Below, one piece after another: positions 1 through 12,900 of a DNA stretch of 64,000 nt; the stretch's first letter is position 1; each line of letters starts with the position of its first letter. The stretch is from assembly GCA_013239625.1 (NCBI GenBank), contig MU054187.1, positions 8,947,231 through 9,011,230 on the forward strand. The letters are read 5' to 3'. This DNA comes from Lama guanicoe (taxonomy: Eukaryota). A program made the translations under genes and the position numbers. The notes under the pieces were generated by a model. It saw only the letters and a program-made list of their open reading frames with translations, did not search any database and had not been told where the DNA came from.

Positions 1-689
1 TCAGCGCAAACTTGTTGAATGAATAAAATCAAAGCCCTAATGTGCTGCAAGCCTTATGTTTTGCCCTTGTTACTGTTAAAACTTCATAGAGACACAGGAC
101 ATAGGAAGCACAGGCTGAAAAGTGCACAAGCGCACATTCAGGTGTTTCACCTGTTCATAGGTTTTATTCGTCAGCAGCAGAGCCATGCGGCTTTGTAAAG
201 CCACAAACAGCAATGAGGTCGGAAACTAAAAAGGGTCACTGAGACACCGGACACATAGGCAGGAGCCCAGACAACGACACTAGACATGGTCCAAAAGTGG
301 GACAAGAAGAGAAGTTATTGTCTAAGAAGATGTCTGCCTAAAGTGCTAAGAAAAAGTCGTTTCTAGTGATCTTACCTGCAAATCTTGGGACCTAGTAAAG
401 TGTCAGGATTCTTCCCCCCAGTTCCTGCAGTGACAGAGATCAGAACGGCGCTCACTCCTGTTTCTATAGCCCATTAGATACACGATTCAGTAAATAATAA
501 AATAATCATGGGGCTTGAAAAAGAGTTCTGAATTTGAGATGTGACACCTTGTTGTCTTAGATTGTCATTTCCACCATTTGTGTAAAACGTTTATCAGCCG
601 TCACATGGAATAAATGGGTCTGAATCCCTTGGCTGAGAAGCGCTATTCTAAAACAATTCCTTGCCAGCATTAGCCCCTCCACGGGAAGT

Positions 690-1110
690 GGCAAAGACGC
701 CGAGATGCTGGTGGGTGAGGGGAGCCGCCATACGGCGACCACTGCGACCGGAGGCCGAGCGGACAGATGGGCTCCGATGTGCCCTGAAGGCACACAGACC
801 CCGCTCCGCGGGAGGGAGTGCGTCCCAGGGCCCCGCTCGCCTCCTTGAGGACGCCCTGCCCCTGGGTTCCCAGACTTCAAACCTTCAGCTCCTTAATCTC
901 AGGGCCCTGGAGGAGTCGCGTAGGAGGGTCCCTGGGGGGGGGGGGACACTCCAGTCCTGCCTGGCTGCCCACACAGCAGCCAGCCCCGGACCGGCTCGGC
1001 CAGGTAGGCGGGAGCCCCCGCACAGGTGTGGGGACGCTGCAGGGGAGGGGCGGGCGCTTACAGCCACCGCTGCTATTGAATGCCTTCTAGAACTGGAGAA
1101 AGCGCGTTTT
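690..1110. promoter_or_regulatory. CpG/GC-rich island with no gene assigned in the window
   Basis: Locally dense CpG, GC-box-like GGGGCGGG near 1047, and a 12-G run at 934-945, set against an AT-rich background. Confidence 0.5.
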
Positions 1111-4100
1111 CTGTCCTTGGCTGCCACTGTACAAGAACAGGCGTCTCCCTAATACTTTTAAAAAGGAAGGGAGAGTTTATGGACATGTTCTTAAGTTTAA
1201 CCTACAAGCGTCGTCCACTCTGGCCACAATGTAATTGTAGGATTTTGTTACTAATTTTAATGGTGGTGGTCCAGTTTTGAAAGTGTTCTTCGGTCAAAAG
1301 TTTAGATTTTAAGTACACAAAAATAAGCAGGCAAAATTGTTCAGTGCAGCACTGATATTACAGCAGCAAAAAACACGAAAAACAACACCCATCCATAGAG
1401 GTGGTTTAAGAAATTATGTTGCAAACATACAATGGAATAATATATAGCTTGCAAAAACTAAGCATGGAAAGATATCCATGGTAGAGTCAATACAAAACTT
1501 AAGTTACAGAGCAGCATGAGTGTTATATGATCTTATTTCATTTAAAATGTAAAGGTTTTCTAGAGAAATACCTAGGAGGAGATGAACAGACTGCCTCAAA
1601 GGATTATGGAAGACTTCCTTTTCTATTTCATACATTCCTGTATGACTTAAAAGTTTGCAACAAACATCTATTATATCTATAAACAAAAACACATTCAGGT
1701 GTGTGTGTGTAATTAAGTTTGCTGAGCTTTGAACATAATGAAATTAAAATAAATGGTACAGAGTAATGATGATTCATTTGCCATTAATTATATCTGTAGA
1801 ATAGACTTAGGCCTTTTATCACTTCAAAAGACATACATGACCCTAAAACAAGAAAACTGAGGTCTTTCACAGGAAAAAACAACTTCTTTTCTTCTGGCTC
1901 AAAAGCACCTGCAACCATCTATTAACTCCAATTACCCACTCAAACAAATAAGAGAAAATGAAGCCACAAACGTAAGGATAATATAAATTTAGGTGAAAAC
2001 TGCAGTTTATGGAGAAATATCCTTTTTCCCCCATGCACTTCCTCTTATGCCACCCACCATATACTCCATCAAATCAGCTCAGGCTTCCACCTGGAAAACT
2101 CTTTCCTCCACCTTCTTGCTTCTTCCTAAGTGATGATGGGAGTAGGTTGTAAATCCCCACAAAGAACACACTTAGTGAGATTCCAAAGTCTGGTGTTCTC
2201 AGATTTTTTACGATTACTTATGAGAATGGTAACTGCGATGGAAACACATAGACCAGCGTGTACGCTGCATGGCATTTAGACGTGACTCTCGTTGCAAAAT
2301 ACGCTAAAGAAGGAAAACGACTTTAAGATGGATAAAGAAAATAAAATCCTCAGTACAGCCCTCATAAAAGACTTGAGAAATCACTTTAAAGCTTCTGACT
2401 GGCTACTCTTTGTTTAGAAGGACCCAATTATAAAGATTCATCTATTTTTTTGCTAAAGCGCACTTGTAACAATCTCTCTGAATGATAAATTTAAATGAAC
2501 ATATTTCTCTGCTGCCATCTCGTGGATTATCTAGGTAATGCAGTCAAGGCTCAGAAGCAGGCAAATTCCCCCAAATTATACCAGCTACGAAAAGGTTTCA
2601 CATCATATGAAAAGAGTTTCATAGCATATGAGATCTATCTACACTCATTTCCAGAAGAGCACCTTTTAGCAGGTTGGTGCTCTGGACACCATAGATACAG
2701 TAAATCAGTTTTAAAGAAAGGTGGGAAAGCAGGGCAGTAACACGTGCTCTCAGTAGGTATTTATTTACCTATGATTGTAATTTAGATGGTTGTGTGGGAA
2801 GAGAAGGGAGCCCACCGGTAGATCATAGCTTCTGAGTCAGATCCTGGCCTCTAAAATACTGTTTCTCCTTTAGATTCTGTAGAACCTACCTTTGGAAGGC
2901 TTTTGAGATAGACTATTAGATTGACCAGGAGGAGAGCTTGGAGCTATTAGATTTAGGGGGAAAAAAGGGGGGGGGGCACAACTAATTAAAGTAAAATTTC
3001 AAAAAAAAAAATTGGAACACACTAATACTGAAAATGTATTCATTGTCTATCTGAAATTCAAATTTCTAATAAGCAGCCTGAATTTTATCCAGCAACTCTA
3101 ATTATTCCCTTTTCCAAGACATCTCAACTAGAGGAAAAGAAACAAGCTGCTGGTTCCTTTTAAATTATTAAGATAAAATAGCATAAGAATACACCGAGTA
3201 ACAAGTTTTCCATATGTTATGGGGAAAAAGAGTAAGGTTAATTACATTACGGTTATAATTACAGGTAGAACCGAAGGTCAGGTAGAATTATTCAGTTCTG
3301 TAGTTCAGATACTTAGTAAGCACCACTGCGTGCAGGCACCGGGCTCGACACCAGGAAGAGTGAGATCAAGCTCGTAGTCTAGCAGAGGGAAGAGACAGGG
3401 GAGATGATACCCGTGTGACATAGAAAGGAACGCAGAGGACACGCGGATTTCACGCCTCTCTTTTACCGCACATAGAACCTAGTCTCGTCACAAATGAGGT
3501 GTGACTATCAGGTAAACAAACCTGCACTGACTCCTGGTTAACATCAAAACTGTACATTATCCATCAGGTGATAAAACGTCAAAGCTGGAAATGCCCCTAG
3601 AGATCTCACCGAGCCGGACTGTTTGATGGAGTAGAACCTGGCACAGCGTGAGCATCAGAGCAGCTGCCGCCTGGTCTGCAGACTCCAACCCCAGTCTTCT
3701 CCTGGCTGCTGCTTCCTCTGGTGAGGTCTGGCCACGAGGAAGGGCTGGTCCATATCTCAGGTTCCAAAGGACAAATGAATTCATGCTTCCAGAGACCAAA
3801 GCTACCAAAGCAGAGGGAATTTTAGGGAGAACTACCAGAGAGACCACTGCCACGTGGTAGCACTCCAATGAGAGCAAAGTGCCCAGCAGGCTTAGGAAGG
3901 CAGACAGACAGTTACCTAGTCAGAAGGGTGCTTGTTCAGCAGGTAAAATCTCCTCATTCTGTCCTTCGCCCTCACATGGTTGTGCCAAAAAGCTAATCTC
4001 TGGATTTAATAGAACAAACATTAGGACAATTCACGTTGTGTTGACAGTTGGTTCACAAGGCAGATAGAGGGCAGAGACTGACTTAGACATGCCTGATGCT

Positions 4101-6356
4101 AGTTGTTCACTGCCAAGAGTCCTTCTTTCCCCTACTTGCCACTTGAACTTAGAAGAATAAGGAGGAGGGGGAAGAGGAAGGAACAGAGCCGAGATTCAGT
4201 ATCTGGGAGAGAAGTGGAGCCCTTGTCTCCATTTTCCCCTCACTTCCCTTTCTTCAACTCCTCCTCTGCGAAGTCCTGGATGTCACATTCAGCAAGTCTT
4301 GTCTCCATCTCCCCGGTAACCCCTGTCTCTACATGTGGAAGCATGGGCTGATCACTTCTAGAAATAGGAAAACCCATTAAGACAATTCCCATTAAAATGT
4401 GAACGATAAATTGTTTCTAATCTTCTCAATCCACCCAGCGATATTTCTCTGTCTTAACAAAACTGATGAAATTTTAGGCATCAGCACAGAGATATTTTTT
4501 AGTCATTAAGAGTTTCTTTCTCTGCTCCCACCATCACCTCTAATGGTGAAATATGGAGACCCTCAGACAGACAGTTTTTATGGTACACAACTGGCTAGTC
4601 CCTAGTTCACTGCTCTTCGTTTCAGTAACATGCTCAATACTCATCCACCCATTGCCCCCTTGACAGATAAAACTTTCCAACTTTTCTAAATTATATGATT
4701 GTAGAAAATATTTACGTTTTATGCCTAGGACTCCTCCTGTTTTGCTCTGTTAAGCCATATCATAAGCTCCCGTGTCAAACTAAACTACATCCAAGCAAGC
4801 CCTACTACTGAACTTCTTAGCTTTGTGAGCAATGAGTCACCTCTTCCCTGATGCAGTTTAGATTTCCTATCTCTTTCAGTCAAAAGAACTTGTTACCATT
4901 AGCATACTTAGGAATATCGGAGACAATAAACAAGGTCAGCTGCTCTAAAAAGGGGGCAGAGAACCAGAAAGATTCTTAAAAATCAGAAATATTATTTTTT
5001 TAATAAAATTTTCCATAGAAGGCCTAGAAGAGAAAGTTGGAAAAAAAGACCCCACAGTATAAACCGAAAAGATGAAGCAGTGGAAAAAAGAAAAAAAGCT
5101 GAAGAATGGAGAATAAACTGAGGAAGTCTAATATTAGCCAAAAAGGAGTTCTTGTGGGTAGGGGGAGACAGAGACGACCAAAGTACGAAAAATCTTAGAG
5201 TCAAAAAGACATAAAACTGCAGAATTCCAAGCAAAACGTAAAGATCCCAAAGCTTCTAGAGAATAAAAACAGGCTCCCTACAAAAGAATGGAATTAAAGT
5301 AATACTAGATTTCATAGCAGGGTCCCTGAATGATATAAAACAATGCCTTAAAAATCATAAGGAAAAAATAGTATGGACATACAATTCTATGTTCCGTCAT
5401 ACTGGGCATCCAGATCAAAGCAATAAGATTTTTTAAAAGATAGGCATTGGAAGGAAAAAGCTAAAATGGATTACTTGCAGATGATTTGATCTTCAAATCA
5501 GTCAACTCTTAAAAATAATAAGAGAATTGAGCAAAGTTCTTAGAAAAAAGATAAATTCATCAATAGTGTAATTCTACACTCACCAACTAGAAAATATAAT
5601 TAAAAGTAAGATACCATTCAGAGCAGAAAAATCAATAGTGAGGGGAAAAAATCGTATAGATATGCAGTGACTCCTTTGACACACTCTGATGGGAAAAAAT
5701 TAAATAGAATCTGAAAACAGTAAGACTAACCCAGAATATAGTGAAAAGAATTCCACAGTGAGTGGATGTCACCTCCAAAGTTTCTGCTGAGAAAGTAGAC
5801 ACTTGGGAAATAATTTTGATACAATATTTGACCCAATGTGGACAGTGGAAATTACCCAAGCTGTCACATAGTGTCAGACAAAACGGAAGAGAACTGAGTT
5901 AACTTAGCAACTCAGGGCCCAATTTTAGGGCCCACAGATGAGTCTGGCACTAAGGCCCAGGCAGAGTGAGCCACCAAGAGAATGGTGGCTTTTACTCAGC
6001 CTTCTTGATGGACTGTGAGCCCATCACATTTCGCTTGTTTCATGAGCATCATCTACAAGCCACACTAAAAATTAATTAGCAAAACAGAGTCATCACTGCG
6101 ATTACAGGACACAGAGAGTCTAGCATCAGGAATGTAATGTTTGCCATAGACCTGTCTGGCGAGGCCACAAAGACAGGACGAGTGCCTGGCCAAAGAGGAT
6201 GCTGAATTAACGCTCCCCTGAGCAGCCCTTCCACGGTGAGCCCACAGTGGAAGAGGAAGTGCTGGGAGGCCCGGTCCCTCCGAACCACGTGATCAGACTG
6301 GAGAAACAGGGTGGAGGCCGAGCTCAGGCGTCAATCAAATAAAGAGCAGCTCATCT

Positions 6357-6484
6357 GATTAATTTTGCATTTGGGCGGAGGATGTAACTAGGTTTATTTA
6401 TTTTTTAATGGAGGTACCGGGGACTGAACCCAGAACCTTGTGCATGCTAGGCATGTGCTCTGGCACTGAGCTTACCCTCCCCAT
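6357..6484 (-). mobile_element. tRNA-derived SINE (Vic-1-like, camelid)
   Basis: Reverse complement reads ggggagggtaagctcagtgccagagcacatgcctagcatgcacaaggttctgggttcagtcccc (A/B boxes). 13-bp TSD gagcagctcatct at 6344-6356 and 6485-6497. Confidence 0.85.
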
Positions 6485-9400
6485 GAGCAGCTCATCTTAA
6501 ACACGTGAAAGTCTTATAGGCTAAGAGCGCCAACTGCAGACATTGATGGGGCTTAAGATTCCCACATGATTCCAAACAGGGACACTGTAGGAGACACAGA
6601 CGGGGGTAGCGGCCAGTATCACCCAGGGTCGCGTCTGTGGTCCTGCTCGTCCCTGCTCTCTGGTAACAGATCTTACCTCTCTCTGGCCCCAGGGCCGCAC
6701 ACAGCTGGGTTCATCACAGGGTAACTCTCCTACCTCGGACATGATGCTGGTCTGGGGTTGGGTGATGGCCAAACCTGTACGCAGGAGGCAGACTCCTTAT
6801 TGCCTCTCTCAGGGCAGCACTAGTGGGGAGGATTCAGGAGCAGCCCGAGCCTTGCTCTCTACCTTTCGGGAAAAGCTCCTCTGGGGTAGCCTGTGGAGGC
6901 AAAAATGAAGTCGCCGTGTGCATAGGTTCCAAAGGGACCCAAAGCTCTAGGTCCAGCCAGCCCCTGGGCTGATTCTGCCCCCGCCCTCACTGCAGTTGTC
7001 CTTATGAACCAACACATTCTTTTTGGCTTGAATTAAAGTTGGGTTACTGTCATCTGAAAGTGGCCTGATGTCTGTCATATGTGTAGCCAATTTACTGGAG
7101 AGACGCAGCTCTTTGGGAGAGAAAATGTAAAACAATTTTTTGAACTATTCCCTCTAGCTGTACTGCATCACGTCTCCCTCTCTCATCTTTTGAAGATGTG
7201 CACAAAATAAATGCCTTTCAGTTTTCACAGAGGTCAGGACACTTTTTCTGCAGAGAGCCAGACAGTAAATATTTTAGGCTTTGGGGGTCACATGTGATCT
7301 CTGTTGTAGATTCTTGTTTATTTTCCAGTCCTTTAAAAAAAATGTCCAAACCATGGGCTGGGGCTGAATTTGGCCATGGATTATTAAAACACTTCAGTGT
7401 TGAGCTTCAGTCTCATTGCTGGGAGAGGCATGCTGCACCCTGAGGGTCCCTGCACGTTCCCGCTGAGTGTCCTAGACTGTCAGGTTTGTGTGTCCTCTGA
7501 CGTGGAGCAAATTCCATAGCTAGTCACACAGACGGCTAGGTCCAGGGGGCTACCAGGTAGCCCAGCATGACCATCAGAGCCAGGATTAGCCTGAACGAGC
7601 AAGGTGCCTGGGGCACAACATCTCAGGAGGCTCTCATGCTTAGTTGCCAAACCTGCATTTGCACGAGACCAAGTCCTTCCCTTAACTTTGCACCGTGGGC
7701 ACCATCTCTTGCCTCATCCTTCTCCCAGCAGATGACCACCATCTACCTGCTCATTCCCAGCGAAAGGGGACCTGGCTTCCTTGCTCAAAAAGCACGGGGC
7801 TCTTGGCCTTGGCTTCTCCTGGGACACAGCTCACGGCATGTATTTATATTATCTCAGCCCATGAAATTACCCCCGTGGGGCTTGAGGGCAAAGGAAATCC
7901 ACGTGAACACACTGAGGCTCACGTTTTTATTGTGGTGAGTAGTAAAAGCCATTTGTCTCTGACCCAGGAGTCTGATGCCTTCAGCCAGCAGACATGAAAC
8001 CATCAGGCTAACTCGTTAGCCTGCAAGATAAATCAGGCCCCTCATGGTTCCGGACACTCACATCTGATACGAAACCTCCGTGCCGATCCGCCCTCCTGTG
8101 TCCATCTCAGTCGTGGGCTGGGAGGCAGCTCTGGTGCTTTTTACAGCACTGCCTGGCCTTGTGGTACCGTCTCTCCCTCCTCCTTTCGGGCTGGAGTCGG
8201 GAGCAAGGAGGGAGAATTAGCGGAGGGACATGTAACCACTGCCTGGTGACGGTGCAGGTGGCAGGGATTTCTCATTTCTCACTTCTACTGATCGGACTTG
8301 GTTCTGTCTGATGCCAGTGGTCTCCAAGGGAGCTATGGAGGGTGTTCCTTGGGCCACTGTCCGCCTCCCCCCAGCCCCTTCCATTGCCAAGGAGCCCCTC
8401 GGGGAGAAGGAAGCTGTTCTCTCACCCAGACATGGTAAGTGTCTCTTGAGGTGGGTTGTCCTCTCGCTCAACCTAGGTGATTGTACAGTTCCTGCCCAGT
8501 GCCTTCCCCAGGAGCCCAAAGAACCTCTAGACAACCCTTCCATGGCCTCTGAGGGCTGCGGAGTTCTAGAGCGGGGCGGCAGTTACCACCCTCCTCTGCC
8601 GGGGCTTCTGCATCCACGTCCCTCTGCCTCTGCCGCCGGGGCTGCTCCCACAGGTTTCCTGCTTTTGGTGGCCTCCAGGCAAGAAAAGTTACTTGCTTCT
8701 CTGTACGCCTCCTTCCCCGCATTCTGCAGATGCATTTCATGCTCTTTCTAGTGTCTGGCCCTGCTCCACTAAGTGACAATCCCAGAAGCACTTTTGATTC
8801 CAGGCTGGTTATCTTAAAGCCTCGCCCCACTCCACGGGCTGGGGAGAAGCCGCTCCTCTGCTCCCTCCCCCACGAGGAGGGTAAGTGGCTGCAGGCTGCA
8901 AACACTGCTTCCCCTCAAGGTTCCTCCTCCTGCCTCTCCTTTCATAGACTTGTGGGTGAAGAAAGTGATTGATAAGACAAACCCAAAATCTGACAGTGTT
9001 GGACAGTAGAACATGGGGAATTAGTACCCTTTGTTCTCAGTTTGGGGGCCTTGCCAGAAATTCCAGAATAACAAGAAAGTTCCTCTGAAATATCCTGACG
9101 CAGATTATTTGTAAGATGTGGGCCTTTTAAAACCACACCAGAAACAGTCGTTGGCATTAAATTTGCATCACTGTCAGGTTCTCTAAACTGAATCCCACAA
9201 CAGGAAACTTCGCACTATTGTCATGGGATTCAGTATATGTAATGACAGCCCATATGAAGGGCTGCTTTCAAATTTAAAGGAAAGTTTTTCAAGAGAAACT
9301 TAGAATGCATTCAAATATATTAAACAGAAAAGACAACTTCATCAGTTGAAAAAAAAAACAGTATTTCCTCACTAGAAGTGTAAAACTATTTTCTGACTCA

Positions 9401-9520
9401 ACAGTGCTTACAGTTATTTGAATATTCAAATTACTTTACTGTCTTGTGCCCCAGTAGTAACACCACCAAAAACATCTTGTGTAGTTTTCAGGGCGGCCCT
9501 AAGGGCTCTAGATCTTTAAA

Positions 9521-9760
9521 GCAGTGGTTCTCAAACTTCATCATGCATGAGTCAGACCCCTTGGAGAGCTGGTTAGAAGCCTGATTTTAACCAGCCCTCC
9601 AGTTTCTTGACTCAGAAGCTACAGTTTCTGACTCGGAAGCGCCTGCTGCGGGCAGGGAGGTCTGAGAATTTGCATTGCTAACAGGATTCCAGGGGTGTCA
9701 GTGCTGCTGATCTGGGAGTCACATCTCGGTGGGCTCGGTGGGCTCGGGAGAAACCACTCC
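9521..9760. mobile_element. hAT-Charlie DNA transposon relic (MER5A-like)
   Basis: Terminus cagtggttctcaaactt, internal ctgagaatttgcattgctaaca, and opposite terminus gagaaaccac. Confidence 0.7.
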
Positions 9761-9769
9761 CGGCTTTCT

Positions 9770-9995
9770 AGCTCAGGGCATCCAGTGGGCCCAATCCAAC
9801 CCGTCATTTCTTGATAAAAAAGTTTTGTGGTGACACAGCCACACGTGTTTACCATATTGTCCTGTGGCTGATTTCCTAGTACAAGTGCAGAGCTGGGTGG
9901 TTGTAACAGACTTCAAAACCTTCGAAGCCTTTTTTGGGCCTTTACAGAAAATTTAGTATTTGGTGCTTTCTAGGAAAAAATTACTGACCTCTAGC
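9770..9995. mobile_element. hAT relic (MER58-like)
   Basis: taaaaaagttttgtggtgacacagccacac...gcagagctgggtggttgtaacaga...ggcctttacagaaaa; similar copies at ~23340-23540 and ~31870-32040. Confidence 0.65.
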
Positions 9996-12900
9996 CTCGT
10001 ACATCATTATCTAGGGCATCGCCAGCCCTGCCACATCATGTCCTGGACGGGACGGGGGATAATTCCAGAGGGTAACGCTGTAAGCATGGGGCTTATTTCA
10101 CTAAATATGCAATGTGATCAAATTCTGTGATAACCTTGACTCCACATGAGTCATTTACAGCTATATATAAACTAAAGATACTTGTGCGAAACTTTACTTT
10201 ATAGTCAGGTCATTGTTTTAATTCCTTTAAGAAAAAGACTTTTTTTTTTTTAAAAAAAAAAAAGGTCTCCCTAGACCTTGGAAGATAAAGAACTGTTGCC
10301 AGTATCTGTGTTATCCAGTAACCAAGGAAAATTGGAAGAATGCAGCATTTATTATAGCGGAGTTTCATCTCATACGGAGATGTATACACGAGAGAAAAAA
10401 AAAATCTCATGGAGTCAAAATTATGCTTGGAAATCAAAGTCACCTTTAAAAAATACAGTATACAACATTTACAGACCATGTTGGAGGCAGACTCTCAATA
10501 TGTCCAGCACAGCCAATTTTTCCTTCAGTGTTCAAACAGATGGCTCATTCTTTGGGTGAGCACCAGATGAAGTAGTTGGCTTGCATTTGAGGCCATCTTG
10601 TGTAAAAAATACTTATCTTTAAACACTAGAATCACACTCTGCACAGTGAGAAGCTCACACTACAAGGCACAAAGAATCTATGACCAACTGAGGTTGCCGT
10701 GGATTTAATGTCTCCCTTTTAACACTTGGTCTGGGGAAGACTCAAGAGAAAAGGAAGACAGAAGTGACTGCATGACTTAAGTTCTCAACCTGTCTCTCTG
10801 GCCCAGCACCTCCAGTTGGAGTCATAAAACTTGAATGTGCCTTTGATGGGCCTCCACTATGTTCATGAAAACAGTGATCATAAAATAAAAGTCCTAAAAT
10901 GGTGGTTTACATCCTACTCCAGACACCAGTTTCTCTTGCTATTCTCTCTGCTCAGATTACAAATAAGAAACACGCCCAGGTAAACTCAAAGGGAAAAAGA
11001 TGTATTTTTAAGATATGTCAGCATCACTAATGGCACTAGTACTATGATAGGTGTCATCTCTGTTTATGTAAGGACTTTTTAGCTCCAAATAATCCAAGCT
11101 GAAAGCTGACTGGCTCATTTTTGTCACCACCCACCCTCTCAGATCCCTGAATAGTGATGGCCGTAGCTGAATCAACACCATAACGAAATGCAAACCCTCC
11201 TATTCCACAGAGACAAAGCTGCCGGGGGCTACTTCGCTCTGACAAAGGCAGCTTAAACAGGCTATCACGTTAACTCTCCAACTTTATTTAGTACAAACAC
11301 CAAATTCCAAGGCCTGCCAAATGATCACAAAGATTGTTTTAAGCCACATTTATTCTTCATGGTAAGTTCACATAAATTATGTTTTTAAAAAGGTAATTCT
11401 TGGTTTAAAAAAATTCTGTTTAAAAAATTTTTAAGTCCAAGTTTGACTTCATTTGAAATAAAATGTTGTCTATACTGAGCCTTACATTAATTTTGTGAAG
11501 ATGGCTATTAACCTTACTTTGCAATATGAGAAACTGAAGACCGTAATTAAGTCACATAACATTTAGTCTGGAGCTGGACCTGGAGCCCAGGTCTCCTGGC
11601 CCCAGCACACCAAGTACCAATAGTTGGTTCCATTACTAAGACTACAACCACGTGTGGGCATGAAGCACAAGCATGCCCCAGACACCGCAAAAACCCTACC
11701 ATTAACTCCTCTCAACCCCTTCAAGAACCACTGTGATAGAAATAGATCTGGACAAAGCTGGCAAAAAAGCCAGTTCTTCGGAAGACGTTTTTATGAGACT
11801 AGATATACTCAGTGTAAGATATGGCTGGGAAATTTTTCTGTAACTCATAATTTGACTTGCTGACTTCTTACTGAGCTGGCTTAAATTTCAGAGTAATACA
11901 TCCATATGATACTGATTGGGAACAATGAACACTGTTTATTCTAGTAGATAATTGTGTTCATTTAAGTTAAAGAAGGGTTCTGAGTCAGAACTTGAAACTC
12001 AGGAATTGGACTTTTCTCTCTTTCTCTGCCTTCCACCCCATTCCCAGTCACCACAAAGGACTTGGACCTCTTTTTAACTTGAAAGAATAAAATATAATGA
12101 AAATCAGGGTACCTCTATTTATAAATTTCATGTATCATGCAAAATTTTGCTTTAAATAAATTCAGATTTATTAACATTGATTTTATAGTGCACAGTTGTA
12201 TATTCGTTTTAGATGTGCTTTTGGAAAACTGTATGCCTGTACTTATCACAAATATATGACACTGAAGAGCCCTTAGCACAATTATAAATAAGAATTACAA
12301 ACCAGAAAACCTTAACTGAACAAGGTTGCATGGAGGCAACTATTAAAACACCTGTGAATCTGAAATCTCAGAAGTGGGTAGAGAATCAATATGCTTTCAC
12401 CCTTTTTCTTCAATAGTTCATCTGCACACACAAAAAAGGGGGGGGTAAAATTTACTAAGAAAACTTTCAAATCTACAGTTGAAATTGGAACCACTCCTTA
12501 GAGAGCACACAGGCACAGACTCTGTTTTGTATAAGCTTATATTGAAAATAAACCAAAATATTCATTACATCTGTGTCCTTGATAGTTACAAATTGTATGT
12601 TATAGATCCCTGCATCCACATATGCACATAAACTGGCTCTATTTACTTTAGTAACGAGATTGCTTCTGTAGAGTAAATGATACAATAAACGTTCAACTAT
12701 TTCGAATGCTTCCTATTTCTATTTTATGGTCAGTGATACGTCTTCATTGTTTTGAAAATGTAGACAACTGAAATTAAATAGTCAGTACCATTCCTCTACA
12801 GTAAGCGCTAATAGGTATGTTTACACATGAACACACTTACTCCTTTGAAACAGGTGAAGAAAAATTACAGCCATATCTTGCTAAAAAGTCGTGTAAAATA

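Noticed and set aside
661..1152. 163-aa and overlapping ORFs in the left GC-rich island
   Set aside because: Non-ATG start, Ala/Gly/Pro/Arg-biased, no recognisable domain; expected from stop-codon scarcity in GC-rich DNA.
8311..8905. Overlapping 146-aa and 145-aa ORFs on opposite strands
   Set aside because: No recognisable homology or exon structure; the region is moderately GC-rich.
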